Position numbers and translations under genes: made by a program. A DNA stretch of 64,000 nucleotides from NCBI GenBank assembly GCA_051362555.1, contig CM120640.1:63342788-63406787 (forward strand). Reading direction: 5' to 3'. The notes under the pieces are model-generated. The model saw only the letters and a list, made by a program, of their open reading frames with translations, was not told where the DNA came from and did no database searches. Positions 1 through 13,506 of the stretch are shown here, in pieces (position 1 is the stretch's first letter; each line of letters begins with the position of its first letter). This stretch comes from Lingula anatina (taxonomy: Eukaryota; Animalia; Brachiopoda).

Positions 1-113
1 GCACTCGTTATAAAACGTACTTGACATGGTAGTAAAAATGTTGTTACGTTTTTTGTTGTGATCTGCACAATTTACAGACTCCCTACATATCCCGAAATAA
101 CGTAGTGCATGTA

Positions 114-430
114 CAGGCCTACCCAACTACCAGACTCGGCACCGAATGATGCTGAATTCACCGGTAGATCAGACCACACTACCCGTTTTCAAGGTGTGTG
201 TCAGATCGCATTACACAGTATCATACCCTGAACAAATTTTGAGTGGTGATGCAATGCTTTTCAACCCCGCTGAGAATCGTCACTATCACATTGCGTACTA
301 GGCAAGAGCGGTGTCGCGTCTGATACTGTGTAATGCGATCTGACACACACCTTGAAAACGGGTAGTGTGGTCTGATCTACCGGTGAATTCAGGATCATTC
401 GGTGCCGAGTCTGGTAGTTGGGTAGGCCTG
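114..430. mobile_element. MITE-like foldback element with ~110-bp terminal inverted repeats
   Basis: 114-223 (CAGGCCTACCCAACTACCAGACTC...ACACAGTATCA) is the near-perfect reverse complement of 321-430, with a ~97-bp unrelated spacer. No clear TSD. Confidence 0.75.
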
Positions 431-613
431 ATGTATATAGTGAGCGACACGTCGGTACTGATGGGTCGTAAGAGGGGTAGCCATGCAGATCATGTTTTGC
501 CGTATGCACAAGGCTAATTATCCCCGAGCCATTAACTACGTATTGTGCTTTTTTTAACTTGGTTGTTAAGCAAAGAGCGCATTCAGGACAGCTGATCCAC
601 GGACCAACTAAAT

Positions 614-782
614 ATGGCCGACCCTACTTTAAAGGAAGCCGCTCAATCCCCTGATGGTCTACCCCCCCCTCCTCATGCGCCATTAAACGGATTAAATCTC
701 GGCTATTGCTAAGCCCCTGCAGGGACGATGCGTGTGAAGACCATCAGGGAATTAGTCGGCATCGCTTTTAAGTGAGTCGGCC
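614..782. mobile_element. Decayed MITE-like inverted repeat
   Basis: GGCCGAC...CCCTGATGGTCT (614-660) pairs imperfectly with AGACCATCAGGG...GTCGGCC (738-782). Confidence 0.5.
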
Positions 783-1575
783 TCCAAGGCTGATTGATAG
801 AACCCCCATTACCTCCACAAAACCTTACATTTATAGTTCCACACATTCTTTATATTCCTGTATCGTTTCGTACTGGATGACATATGGTTTTCACCTTTTC
901 TGCAACCAAGGAGGTTTATAAACTGCAATAATACATATATACATCTTGCTTCGACAAGTGTTGATTGTATTATCCATAACCATAAGATAGAACATAGAGA
1001 TTATGAAACATTGTACAGTTGCACGTGTGAAGTAACATCAGAAAGCTTAATTGAAATATACACTCTGGCATATTAAAATATGTCACGCCCAGCACTTTAG
1101 ATACATAAGAAGTCATCCGTTGGAATGAGAAATTAACAGCTGTAATTTGGATGAGTATACTCTAGGCCTAACTCACATCAAGATAAGATCAGAGTTTCAC
1201 ATTTTAAAGGTATGGGAAGTGAATTGTTGGCGCAAAGTACAACGTAAAAAGGGATTGTATTGCGCTTTCAGCACTTTTTCTCCAACAGCGTCAAATACCA
1301 ATTTTACATCATTCATCCAAACACCATCTAAGCTCTTTTCTTACACTGATTTCATAAAATCGTTCAAGATGATTTCCACCTCTCGGAGCAATCTACAATA
1401 CCGATTCTTTTCACAAGTAAGGAAATAAACTGAATTCAACATAGTATGAAATCACATCATGCTAATTCATCACAAGACTTGCTTTATTTTATACAAAAAA
1501 GTCGCCCATATGGCTTTAAAACCAGTAGGCCATCCTCACATTTATTACTCTGTGTGCGTCGCTGTCACAGCAAGT

Positions 1576-3083
1576 ATGAGGCTCTCATATTTCTTCACAT
1601 TTGCAGTCTTGGTTGGAACAGGTCGGTTTCGGTTTCAGACTTTATAAATATTGCCTCATATTTATATTTGACCAATCCATTAAGTAAGTATCTAAAAAGC
1701 GGTATACAAGTGCTGGTAACAAATAGGCTTAGTGCACATACGGTACAAAGGATAAACTACCATATTGGTTATATACATATTGTTACTACTGTACATGTAG
1801 AACTTATTATCGTCTTTATGAGAAAGATGACAAAACTGATTTAATGAAATTTCTTTCAAATTCGTTCCGTGCCATGTAGTAACGGCAGTGGATCCTCCAT
1901 TCCCGTATTGTTACATGGGCCGATCAGAGCTGGTAGTTGGCGATATTCTCACCAACGATGAGTATCTCTGTAACGGACCATATAAACTTGTTATGCAGTC
2001 TGACGAAAACCTAGTGCTTTACGATATGAGCGCTGAAAATAAGGTACTTAAATAAATGCACCTACATATATACCTACATCAATCCCTTCATTTTAGCAAC
2101 TTATAAGGCTTCAGGAATGCCTGACAGGTTGCTTTCAGTAAAGTAGAGCCTAATCTCTACCGGTACGTCCAATTAATAAAATAGTTTGCAATTATGAAAA
2201 AAGGGGGGGGGGGGGTCAGAATTCGATACCATGCAAAAGATTCATGGAATCGATGTAAGTAGAAAAAGATTTTCATGGGCCTTTCAGTGTAATTTGATGG
2301 GAGAGCGTGTACATGTATCATCAGCAATCCACAAACTGTATCGAACGCAAATTAAATTTCAGATCATTTGGGCCTCTGGAACGGCCAGTAATATGCCTAA
2401 TGTCGAACAAATACAAGTCCAGTTGACGTTGAAACCCGACGCCAATATTGCAATATCAATCTTGTTCAATGGTAAATGGATCCAAAAATGGTCGACTCAT
2501 CACGGCAGCCCTAATCGTAGCGCAGCTTGGATGGAAATCGACAAAGAGGGACAAATGGCAGTTTATGATATACATGAACAACTTGTATGGAAAATGAAGG
2601 CAAATGGTAAGTAATTTGTGTTCAAGCATGCCTTCAAATTGTCTGCGTGGCCACTAATTACATCTTAAGTAATTTATAAGTAACCGTTTTAACTGGACTG
2701 AATTTAAGAGTAAGATGAGAGAAATGCAAGTCATTGAAGTCTTTATTTCATTTTGGCCAAAACGAAGATTTCCCACAACAATCGTTAATGAATTCGTTCC
2801 GACATACAGTTAGTCCTTGTTTTTTTCTAAAAAAATTTTTTGTAATAATCTCTTAAGAGATTATAACGGAGGTAGGCCTATAGCCATCTATGGAGGTCAC
2901 GTGGTCTGATGGCAAGCACAGATTCCAGAACAACCGCCGTTTTGGTGGTTAAATAGAATTTATTATATTTCTACGAGTTATTGACAATATATTATTGTGA
3001 AATATGGATCCTATACGAAGAATTGTCATCCCTTTAATCACATTTCATTTTCAGATTTAAATGGCGGGATCGTGATTGGTTAG
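1576..3083 (+). CDS. Secreted bulb-type (GNA/B-lectin) mannose-binding lectin-domain protein, ~153-160 aa
   Basis: Exons 1576-1621 (signal-like MRLSYFFTFAVLVGT), 1880-2043 (YLCNGPYKLVMQSDENLVLYD, a QxDxNxVxY motif), 2363-2606 (IIWASGT...KWST...QMAVYD..EQLVW) and a probable last exon 3055-3083. Alternatively it reads through the donor to a stop at 2614. Phases are consistent. Confidence 0.8.
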
Positions 3084-4003
3084 GCAAAACGAATGCCACG
3101 CGGAAAACGGAGCGCAAGGGTCCATAGGCCTTCAGTAGTGTATCAAATAAGCAAAAATGATAATTCGCACTATAACTTGCGTATAGATCTTGCAATACAG
3201 TCTTCAATCTCTTCTCACACGTCCAAACCGAGGAATGATGTGCCACACTTTTCAGGGTTGACAGACAACGGGTCACAAAAGAGAGCATGCACGCACGAGA
3301 CACCTAGAATTTCAGACACCCCTCTACTATCTGCAAACTCATAAGCGTTTTAAGTTTAATATCACCACCTGCTTTTGACACTCAGGACGAAGCATGGCCG
3401 TCCAAATTTACAAAATTTCGATTGTTCTCTTCAGACTTTATTTTAGAGTATATCAGCAGGAGCAGGGGAAACAATTCAAAGGTACAAACGGTCTTTTATT
3501 CAAAGTATTTTATTGGTTAATTCTGTATAGCGCACAATTTCGGTTGAACTTTGATTAAACTTTAGCTGCCATAATTCAATAACTGTGCCGTGTACTTGGA
3601 TAAATTATTGCCAATCTAACAGATCAGTTTCACTATCAAACTGAACAAAAAATCATATTCATACCAGGAGATATCCAAGACTCATCGAAATTATGTTCAT
3701 GATTACTTATTTTTAAAAAGAACCAACTTTCAAATAAACCAACGCGTTTCTTTTTTTTAAAGAAAAAATAACTGATAAACATTTTTAACTGTTATATTAT
3801 AATGCAAAACCCCACAAAGTTGAGAAAATTACTGCCTAAACAAAACGGAAAAAACGAATCAGATTTGGTGATTTTGGAGACATTATTTCATAGCACCATC
3901 GAACTGCAAAACTGATTATACTTAGTCAGCAACTTCTGACAAATGAGATTTTGAACAAAGATAAAAGTCCATGGGTCAATTCAACTGTCTGCTCTCTTTT
4001 ACT

Positions 4004-7000
4004 TCATTTTACTTTCTTTCCTTTGCTTGCTTTCTTGGCAGATGTAGGCTGGAATTCAAAGAAATTAAGTTATTGTCCAATGAAACTATATAAAAACAAA
4101 AATCGGTGTATTTGAAATTAACTGTTCACCATGATAAAGAGCAAAACAATATTCAAAATAACGAAATTCAAATGTAACATACTCAATTCACTGCGAAATA
4201 AAATTCATGGGGTATAATGTTGGATGGGTCTGGACCAAATCTTAAGATGAAATTATTCAAAAGTGAGAACCTTTCATGGGCATCACATTATGTATAACAG
4301 AAATTTGTTATTACCTTTGCCTTAGCTGGTGCAGCTTTCTTAGATGTAGTTTTACCATTGGCTGCTCCCTATGAAAAAAACATTTTTGCAAATCAATCAT
4401 TCACAAAAAATGTTTCAGTTCATATGTATAAAGTTAATAACTACCTGATAAGAAAAACAAAAACAGTTCAACATGAAAAGTCTCCGTCTCTTTTGAAATT
4501 TAAGCAAAGTTTTATAAATTCCTTCAATTTTTCTCAGTGAGAAACAATAACTTCTTCATTAATTTTTAAAACAATAAAAACTTGTATAATAATCTTTATT
4601 ATTATTCCTACCTTCTTCTTCTTTGATTTTTTGCTAAAAAATAAAACAAAAATAAAGATCACATATCAGTTATCATACAATGACGCAGTACTAGTAGCAA
4701 TTATATTGAGAGTAAATGATTATTTAATTCATGAGGTAAAGACATTCAGGGTTGCTCCAGCACAAAAATCATTTCATCATGAGATATGACACATTGGGTC
4801 ATTACATGGGGTGGTCCAAAAATGTTCCCATTTTAGATAAAGTCACATTTTCTACAGGAAGGAATATCTTTCCACAGCATGTGAATTTTGAGCGGTGTGA
4901 TTATCAAAAAGCTCTTATTACATCTTTAAGATATAATTATTGCAAATCTTCAAGATATAATTATTGTATATGGAATGTACATACATGTACATACAAAGAG
5001 ACAACAGATTCCCTGTAATACATAACTACTACCAGTTTCTCACACAACTCATCCACAAGCCAAAGGATAAACCAAATTAATCACTCAGTCAGCCAGAAGA
5101 AAGCTTTAAAACTGCATCTTCTTTAAATGTCTGGGCTCCGTATCTCAAAAGGTTCGCTATGTTGCGCACGTGCGTTAGTGTCTCGATTCCATAACTGATT
5201 CTATTTCGAGATACGGGGCCATGGAATCGAGACACTTGCTCACGTGCACAACATAGCGAACCTTTCGAGATATGGAGCCCTGGTCATAAACTTGGCCTAC
5301 TGTTCCATCCCTCCAGTTGGTAAAAATCCCCCAAATGACGTAGTAATGTACGAGGCAAATGAAAGTTGGCAAAAACGACCGAGTTATATATAGCTAAGGA
5401 AGTAAAAATCTGTTTAAGTAACAATTTTCAGGAATAATGAAAGGAAACCCTGTGGCATTTCTTTAAGTTACACTATTTGAAACTATATGGTGGAATTTGT
5501 CAGGTAAGTGTCAATAATTTGAAATGCCTACTCTCTTTCTATGCATCTTTAATTCAATTCTAAAATTTGTTAAAACATACCTCTTTTCTGGACTCTCTTC
5601 CTCTTCTTCCTCCTCCTCGCTTTCTTCTTCCTCTTCCAATTCTTCGTCTTCTTCATCGCTCTCCTGATATAGTGAAAAGAAACTTTGTATACATAAATAA
5701 AGAGAGACTACATTGAGCTCCAATATACTGCATAGGATATTATGGAACCACATAACAACCCATTTCTAATCTGAAGGCATGTATGAATGGTGGAAAAAGA
5801 AAAACATTTTGATAAAATGTATCAAATTTAGTAATCTGCCGAGACATCACACTATACATATACTGAAATATTTATTTCCTACATACAGTTCCATTTGTGC
5901 TGGCTTCCATACTTTCGTCTTTTTCTTCTGCCTTTGGATCTATTTTTCCACGCTGCACATAAATTAAAATAAATAAATAAATAAATAAAAGAGCTGAATT
6001 CATTGGAATAAGAGACTCCATTATCTTTTTAAGTCATCTTTTACAAAACCTGTAAGATTATTAGTTAATTCCTTGCTTTTGCAGTATTTCCATTTTAAAA
6101 ACCACAAAAGAGCAAATTGGATATCTATAAAACCATTTTTTCTTGAATAAACTGACTTAACTTTAAAAACATTTATCAAAACAAAACGTAGATGAACTAT
6201 GTCCAGAATAATACTGAACCTTCTCCTTTCCAGTTGCTGGTGTAGTGGCCTTCCTTTTGCGCGCTTTTGACAACTTTCCGCCCACATCTTCATTCTCCTC
6301 TTGTGTCACTTCCTCCTCTGACTGAGTGTCATGTTCACCATATTCATCACTATCCTCTTCTTCCTCATCCTGTGGGAACTCCACCTGGTGTTGAGCCGTT
6401 AGAAATACTGGGCCTGTGCCAGCTATTAGGCGGAATGTTGCTGGGGTGTTCTGATCAAAACTGTGGTCCACATGACACTATTGAGGTTGAATTGTATCAA
6501 ATGTTAATTATGATTTGTAAACAATTGTCATCTATACACAAAAAAGTAAGAACATGAAATCTATTCATATTTTGAAGCATTTACAACGCATATTAATTAC
6601 CTGCCTAAAAATACGACACATCTCCATAAAAATGCAAGGAAGTCAATTTGCTACAGCAAGGGGTGGATTTAGGCCGTCTTCTGGGTCTTCCAGGAGACGG
6701 TCAAATTTTCAACTTTACATTAAAGAATATTTAATTTCTTCTGTTGCAAGACGGTCAGAAAAGGTGGATGGACCAGCAAAGATAATTTAGAAGACTGTCA
6801 GAAAATATCTCTGGATCCAGCCCTGACAGCAGATGGTCATACCATGTTTTTTTGACCCTTGTTCAAGAAGGCAATGGGGACTTTGAGTACAGAACCACTG
6901 TAATCTGTTGTCTCCACTTCAATCACATTATCTTCTCCTGTTTCAGCAGATGTACTTAACACTGCCTGAAAAAAAGTGAATGAGATAAAGGGGCCATTTT

Positions 7001-7317
7001 TGTGATATTCACTGTCCTTAATCTTCCAATCTTACTATTTTAATTACTTTTTTCTGTAACTTTTGTTACAATATTTCAAATTAATGAAATAATTATTTAC
7101 CATGTGGAAACAGGAAATAATTTTTTAACAAAAATGAACACAAATGAAACTAGAGGATCAGAGAGGCGATACCGCCTCTGGATATTGTACCACCAGCTGA
7201 AGTAAGCGCATTCGTATGGACCCCCCCCCCAAAAAAAAAAAAAAAAATTGAACACCACCACCAGTCTTGTGTTTGACAAGCTCTATAAAATGCAATAAAC
7301 AAGAGTTCTCAAAATAT

Positions 7318-7352
<35 letters not shown>

Positions 7353-9703
7353 GAAAAAACATAACAGTTAAAATGGTCCAATCAAGGAGATGTTCAAATT
7401 GACCTGTATTTTCCTAACACTGATCACTCCTGTGATTTTCAAGACAATAGGCCTATTGGTTTTCCTTGAAATGCATTATCAGTATTGCATATACCGGTAT
7501 GCTGACAAAAGAGAAAACCTAGGGACAACACTGGGCAGATCTCTGCTAGTTTTGAAGATATGAAGGGCAAGAAAATATGCAGAGTTCAGTTTGTGGTAAA
7601 AAAGTAGGTCAAAGGTCAATTTCAAGGTCACAGCATATGACTTCCTGTATAAGTTCAATAGTAGCTATGGGCATTTCTTTGCCAATGTTGGAGATATGAA
7701 GGCCAGGAAACATGCAAAGTGCAGTTCATCATAAATAGTAGGTCAAAGGTCAATTTCAAGGTCACAGTAAGATTGCCAGTATATGACTTCCCATTCAAGT
7801 TCAATAGTAACTTTGGACCTATCTCTGCCAGTTTTCGAGATATAAAGGAGAGAAAATTTGCAAAGTTCAGTTCGTGTTGAAAAGAAGGTCAAAGGTCAAT
7901 TTCAAGGTCACAATAAGAATGCCAGTATATGACTTCCTATTCAAGTTTAACAGTAACTATGGGTGTATCTCTGCCAGTTTTGGAGATATAAGGGCTGGGA
8001 AATTTGCAAAGTTCAGTTCATGGTGAAAAGTAGGTCAAAGGTCAATTTAAAGGTCACAGTTAGATTACTTGTATATAACTTCCTATTCAAGTTCAATAGT
8101 AACTATGGGCGTATCTTTGCCAGTTTTGGAGATATAAAGATCAGAAAACTTCAAAGTGCAGTTCATCATGAAAAGTAGGTCAAAGGTCAATTTCAAGGTC
8201 ACAGTTAGATTACCAGTATATGACTTCCTACTAAAGTTCAATAGTAACTATGGGCATATCTCTGCTAATTTTGGAATATTTAACATTTTCCCCACTGAAT
8301 ATTGCAATGTTGTAATTTTTGATATAGCGCAATGCCTAAACCATATCGAAAACAAAAAAAATGGACATCACCCCCAGTATTGCACTTGACAAGTTCTACA
8401 AAATGCGATGAACAAAAGGTCTCTGGCATTTACCATTCCAGAATAAAAGCAAGTTTTCAGTTTCGGTATCTAATGGCTGCTTCTCCCGTGAAATTGCACC
8501 GATTGACCCATAACTCCCAAAGATGAAAGGAGTCCCCAATTGTAACCTCTCACTATAACAGGAGAGCTTAGATCTGTGTAGTTTCCAAAAAATAGCACAA
8601 ACAAATATTTTTTGGCAGAAAATTCCCATTTTTAGAAAATTTTGGCTTGTTTGACCTTGAAAAAAAGGTCAAAAGTCAAATCCAATGGCATATTTGGAAT
8701 CTCCACATATGCCTTTCGGTCAGACTTCTGTAGTAATTTTTCCCATAATTCCTTTGGATTGGGAGATATTTAGCCTTGAATTTTCAAAAATTTTGACAAG
8801 GGTGCGTTTCAACAAGTGTCACGCCCAGGCCAATGCACCGACAGAGACAAAAAAACCAGGGTGTTCAAGTTGAGATTATATGTGACCTAAATCCAAGAGA
8901 TGGGGACACAGGTCCTGGCGGTCTAGGAGGAGAAGCGGTAACGGTGACTTGTTTCCGGCGCCCGACTGCGGAGCCGCAGGAGCCGGCGGAGCTGTACGAG
9001 ACGGGTCGGGACTAAAACCATGAGTACGGCCAGCGTATACGCTGGTGGTACTAATGAAAAGTAGCTGATAAATAAAGTGAATATCAAATGTATCACCTTA
9101 CTAACTATACATTTATCCTTAAAACCCTATGAAAATTCTTTAAGAATTGAGGCCTTGCCTCAAATATATCATTTTAATTAGACTCAATATTTAGAAATAA
9201 GTGAATATTTCATTATTTGAATTTCCATACTGATTTAAGATATAAAACATGTGACAGAAAGTCCCTGTCCTCATCTTCTTCTTTAAAGTTCCACATTGCC
9301 TGAGGCTTGTCTTTGCTTAGTTCTGCGCCTGGTAAATATCAAAAACAGTTTCAAAATTTATCTGTCAAATTTTATTGATCAAAAGATTGACTACAATACC
9401 TTAAAGAAATATACAAGTTTCTGGTACCTGTGTGCTTTTTACGTTAATACAATATCAAAGCATCAAAGAAAAGGCTCTCTCATGTAGGCTAAGAAGTAAG
9501 TAGGGTAGACAAAAGAAAAAAATTGAAAATTTTCTGCATTTTGCTGTAACGTGAACATACATACTGATATTCTTGGAAGGTAGGTCGTGTTTGGAAAAGT
9601 TAAACGTATTTTTTTGCATATTAATTGCTGTCAACTTACACCACAAGTATTCTTGATGGTCAGTGTATGAAAGGTCTGGTGTCTCCAACAAACCAGCCAT
9701 CAT
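4004..9703 (-). CDS. Nucleoplasmin-like (NPL-domain) acidic histone chaperone, ~270 aa
   Basis: Exons 9703-9640, 9328-9231, 6965-6843, 6477-6220, 5952-5887, 5663-5581, 4633-4612 (22-nt microexon), 4368-4315, 4048-4004 give one 813-nt frame. Motifs EYLWCAEL, HVLYLKSAVL, NVIEVET and TFRLIAGTGPVFLTAQH are followed by acidic tracts, a KRK NLS-like site and a Lys-rich tail. A non-coding first exon probably ends near 10007. Confidence 0.85.
5134..5279. mobile_element. Palindromic MITE, PIF/Harbinger-like, CTG target duplication
   Basis: GGCTCCGTATCTC...GATTCCAT pairs with ATGGAATCGAG...GATATGGAGCC. CTG flanks both ends (5131-5133, 5280-5282), and an extra copy of the terminus lies at ~5204-5220. 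Confidence 0.75.
6658..6825. mobile_element. Small non-autonomous DNA element with 5-bp TSD (ACAGC)
   Basis: Imperfect TIRs AAGGGGTGGATTTAG / CTGGATCCAGCCCTG; ACAGC at 6653-6657 and 6826-6830. Confidence 0.5.
7147..9055. mobile_element. Helentron-associated (HINE/DINE-1-like) non-autonomous element with internal tandem array
   Basis: 5' hairpin AGAGGCG-ATAC-CGCCTCT, subterminal GTACCACCAGC (7187-7197) inverted at 9041-9051, 3' palindrome CCAGCGTATACGCTGG (9030-9045) and an internal ~146-bp tandem array. Confidence 0.7.
7530..8280 (+). repeat. Tandem array, ~5 copies of a ~146-bp unit
   Basis: The anchor G(T/A)AGGTCAAAGGTCAATTT(C/A)AAGGTCACA recurs at ~7604, 7738, 7884, 8030 and 8175 (spacings 134, 146, 146, 145). 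Confidence 0.9.
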
Positions 9704-10102
9704 GCCCTTTGTATATTGCTTTCTACAAAAAATTTAACTGTTTTCCCCAGCCTGTCTCCCACGCCCTCCGTCACCTGTGGAGTGAGCACCTCTCTTGCAC
9801 TAATTTATACAGCGCGCTTGTCACGTGGTTTCTAACAGCTGTCAAAATTTCGTATGCTTGTTACACTTTTATTTGGCATTACTCCTTATTGCATTGTAAC
9901 TTTTTGTTCTTTAAATTTTAAATGGAAATTAGCACAATATTTCAACTTTGCAATTTTTGTGATAATTTGTTTTCCACATCGATTTTTCGGTTGCAGGGTA
10001 GTTTTACCTTCAACTTCCTCCTACTTCCGCCCACGTGTGCTGGTAATGAAAACAAACCGTGCGGAAAACACATCTGGGAAACCGGTAAATAAGTGACGCG
10101 AG
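9704..10102. promoter_or_regulatory. Putative bidirectional promoter, nucleoplasmin-like / PLPP
   Basis: Divergent start codons are ~400 bp apart. The interval is CpG-richer, with CACGTG E-boxes (~9822, ~10032), an ETS-like ACTTCCG (~10023) and a minus-strand donor at ~10007. Confidence 0.6.
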
Positions 10103-10264
10103 ATGCTCGAAAAGGGTTTACAGAAATATGCACTGTGGATAGAAATATGTGTCCGATTGGTGATATTTGGAATATTCATGTAAGTTTGATTCCTTTGAAC
10201 TCATCACTTTCTGACAAACTGTTCAGGTACAACTGCACCTTGTCCTTGATCGATTTTGATGCTT

Positions 10265-10309
<45 letters not shown>

Positions 10310-10458
10310 TAATAATAAATAAATACATAAATAAATAAATAAAAAACATTGTTATACCACACTATACTTTCGTAATATAAATGGATTGATCATAAAATAT
10401 AAATAAGCTTTTAACCGAAGTTATAAAATCGGCGTTTACATGGTTACTTCATGTACAG

Positions 10459-10499
<41 letters not shown>

Positions 10500-13441
10500 G
10501 CAGGCAGTGCTGGTGTATGTCTATATTTTCTGATTATTGTTGCGATCTGCCTTACTAAATTGGCTGTTGAAAGCTACTGAGTCTGTTATAACTCCTTGGT
10601 TATACTACTTGAACCATTTATTTAGCTTCAGCTATCTTGTTCATGTTTCTTATAGCATCACTGAAACTGCAGAACCATTCCACAGACAGATTCAACCCGA
10701 AGAACTCTGGCTATATAAGAATCCAGTGTCTGAGAGCTTTGTTTCATCTTCGGCATTGTGGGTGAGTTCTTGGCTAGTCTGGAAATGTGTAATTTGCAGC
10801 TGAAATTTGCATATTGTTATTATATTTATTTTATTGTGTGGATCCATATAAAGTCTGATAATTGTGTCCGTCTGCATTGCTTTGCGACACATCTGCAAAA
10901 CAGTCAACTGCTTGCCTCTGCTTGGTAAAATGCAGGTTCCTTTCACAATGTAATTTGGTATGTCAGAAAGAGAACTCACAAACTCACATCTCATGTGTAG
11001 GTACAACAAAAGGGGGAAGGGGGGCGCTAGAGGAGATCCATCCATTGTCAGAGCAGATCAGTCAACACACTAGTATATATAATGTACCTGTCCACCTGAA
11101 CAAAATTAGACAATAAAGGAATATAAGCACTGTCTGTGATATGATCAAACAACAAACTGTGGTGTGTACTTTGTGTGTTAAGCTACATTATTTAAAATTT
11201 TGAAGTGTTTTATTTATTCCAAAAAAAAAAGTTTTTTTGAAAATTAATCATTTTTAGTTATCCACATAAATATACTTTATGGCATGAAGCAATAAACATT
11301 TCAGTATTATTTAATCCACATTTTTTAATATAATATCAAATGGTTGTTTTGGATAATATTATTAATCTATTTTGTTTGAATTTAATATGTAATTTTTCTA
11401 ATTAAGGTCTTTTTCCTGCTGCATTTGTTTCATTTACATACATACTTAATATTAACCTTTGATATAAAGGAACCTGTAGAACTATAAGATTATTATCATT
11501 TAATTTTTTTGCATTAATTTAATTTATTTTCTATAATCTGAGTCATGTTATGTATTTTATTTTTTCTCAAAGCATGCTCCTTGTTACCATGTTGTGTGTC
11601 TATATATGGGCAGCTATGTGAAATGGTATTGTGTACGTGAAGCATATTTTGTCATAGCATGATGCATAACCTTAACATGAAAAATGGACTTTGACTAAAT
11701 TAAAAACTTTGATCCAACATAAATCCCTTTTAAACAAGTATTTATAGTCTGGCATTCATTACATCTGTGCTAATATATTCACATTAAAACATGTTTGACT
11801 TTGCTCACATTCTGGCAATAACTACCCCTCTTTTGTTCTGTTTATGCCCTCTGCCTCACTAGATCATAATCAGTACAGTCCCAACCCTGGTGCTTCTGGC
11901 TTTTTACATTGTTAAGAAGGACAAAGTTGATTTTATTCAAGGTGCACTCGGTAAGTAAGGTATTTAATCTTTAAATCTCAGTCAGGTTATTAGTCACAAA
12001 TTTGAACAAGATTAAATTAACAGGTATTTTGTTTATAATTACTGAAAAAAGATGGGTGTAAATTTAAAAACAATGTACAAGGTTGCTGGAAAGTGTGTTT
12101 TATGAAGACTTAAGAATGAAAACATATTTGAATGAAGTAAATACTTCAAATTTGTGAGTAATAACTGTAGCACAACTAACAATAGGGTTGCCAACTAATA
12201 ATTGTGCTTAAAATTGATAAACGTTAATTTTCCTTGTCATCAACAACATCATAACAACTGAAAATGAAGGGGATTAACAATGAGAAACATGCATCATGGT
12301 AAGAGTAAGCATGGGTCAGAGTGTAGACAAAATGCACAGATTTTTCTTGGGTTATGGAAAATAGTTTCACAATTTAAAGCCAAGGAATCAATGTGCAGAC
12401 TTGGCAACCTTGTTGCATGCAGAAGATAATGTAGTTGTTTTTAGTCTGGAAAGTTTTGAGGAGCAGTCATATTTTTACTGTTTCAAGGGAATCATTCCTT
12501 TTTAATTTTAAACAAGGTAAAAAAGTATTTTCGTAATCTAAAATAGAAGACAGTGTAAGACTGGGTTCCCATGCCTAGATTGATCTAACAGGAACGATCC
12601 ATCTCAGAGGGGGTTCTTTCTAAATTGCTTTCAGCTTAAGCGGCTTAGATGTCTGCCATGCCTACTGAAGCTGCTAAATGATAATAAATTACCCCCTAGC
12701 AGCTTCAGCTTTTATTTGAAAAATGATTTTGGATTGAAATATTTATGTCCGTGATAGATAATGATAATATCTGTCAATCAAAATTTACTTATTACATGTG
12801 GATATTTGCATGCTGTTAAATTTTTTCTATTATTTTTTTTTATCAAAACTTCAGGGAACCTTTGATTTTGGGTTTCAAACTGAATTATATTTATTTTGCA
12901 GCAGCATCTCTAAGCATTGGTCTAGTAGGGCTTGTCACAAATTTTGCCAAACTAATAATAGGGAGGTAAGTGCAAAAATTGTCTTCCTGTTAGTTATTAG
13001 AATAATATCAAGTATGTTTGTCAGAATATTTTTCTAATACTATTCAATTTTTTCACAGTAATGTGTGCATGACAGTAAACATTGCTTTACACAGACAACT
13101 TTCTTTTCTTTAAAGACCAAGGCCAGACTTTTTTTACCGCTGTTTTCCTGATGGCATTTCCAATGTAGAAATGAAATGCACTGGAGACCCTGAAGTCATC
13201 ATTGAAGGCATGAAAAGTTTTCCAAGTGGCCATTCTTCATGTAAGATATTGACTCCTTTCCAAACAGGTGTACCAAGATTATATTTTAAAATGGAAAACG
13301 TAAATTGTAAAGAGGTCAACAACACTTAAAATGTATGTGAATAAAGATGCTTTCAACAAGACTTTCATTGTATTCTGTATTTGTAGTATATGTTCTTCTC
13401 TATAAAGGCATAAAAAGTTTTGGGTGGGCATAATGATGTGA

Positions 13442-13506
<65 letters not shown>

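Noticed and set aside
1147-1844. ORFs 1147-1428 and 1446-1844
   Set aside because: No motifs; the spliced lectin model explains the coding signal in this region.
7530-8280. CRISPR-like array
   Set aside because: The sequence between anchors is itself repeated, the context is a eukaryotic intron, and there are no cas genes.
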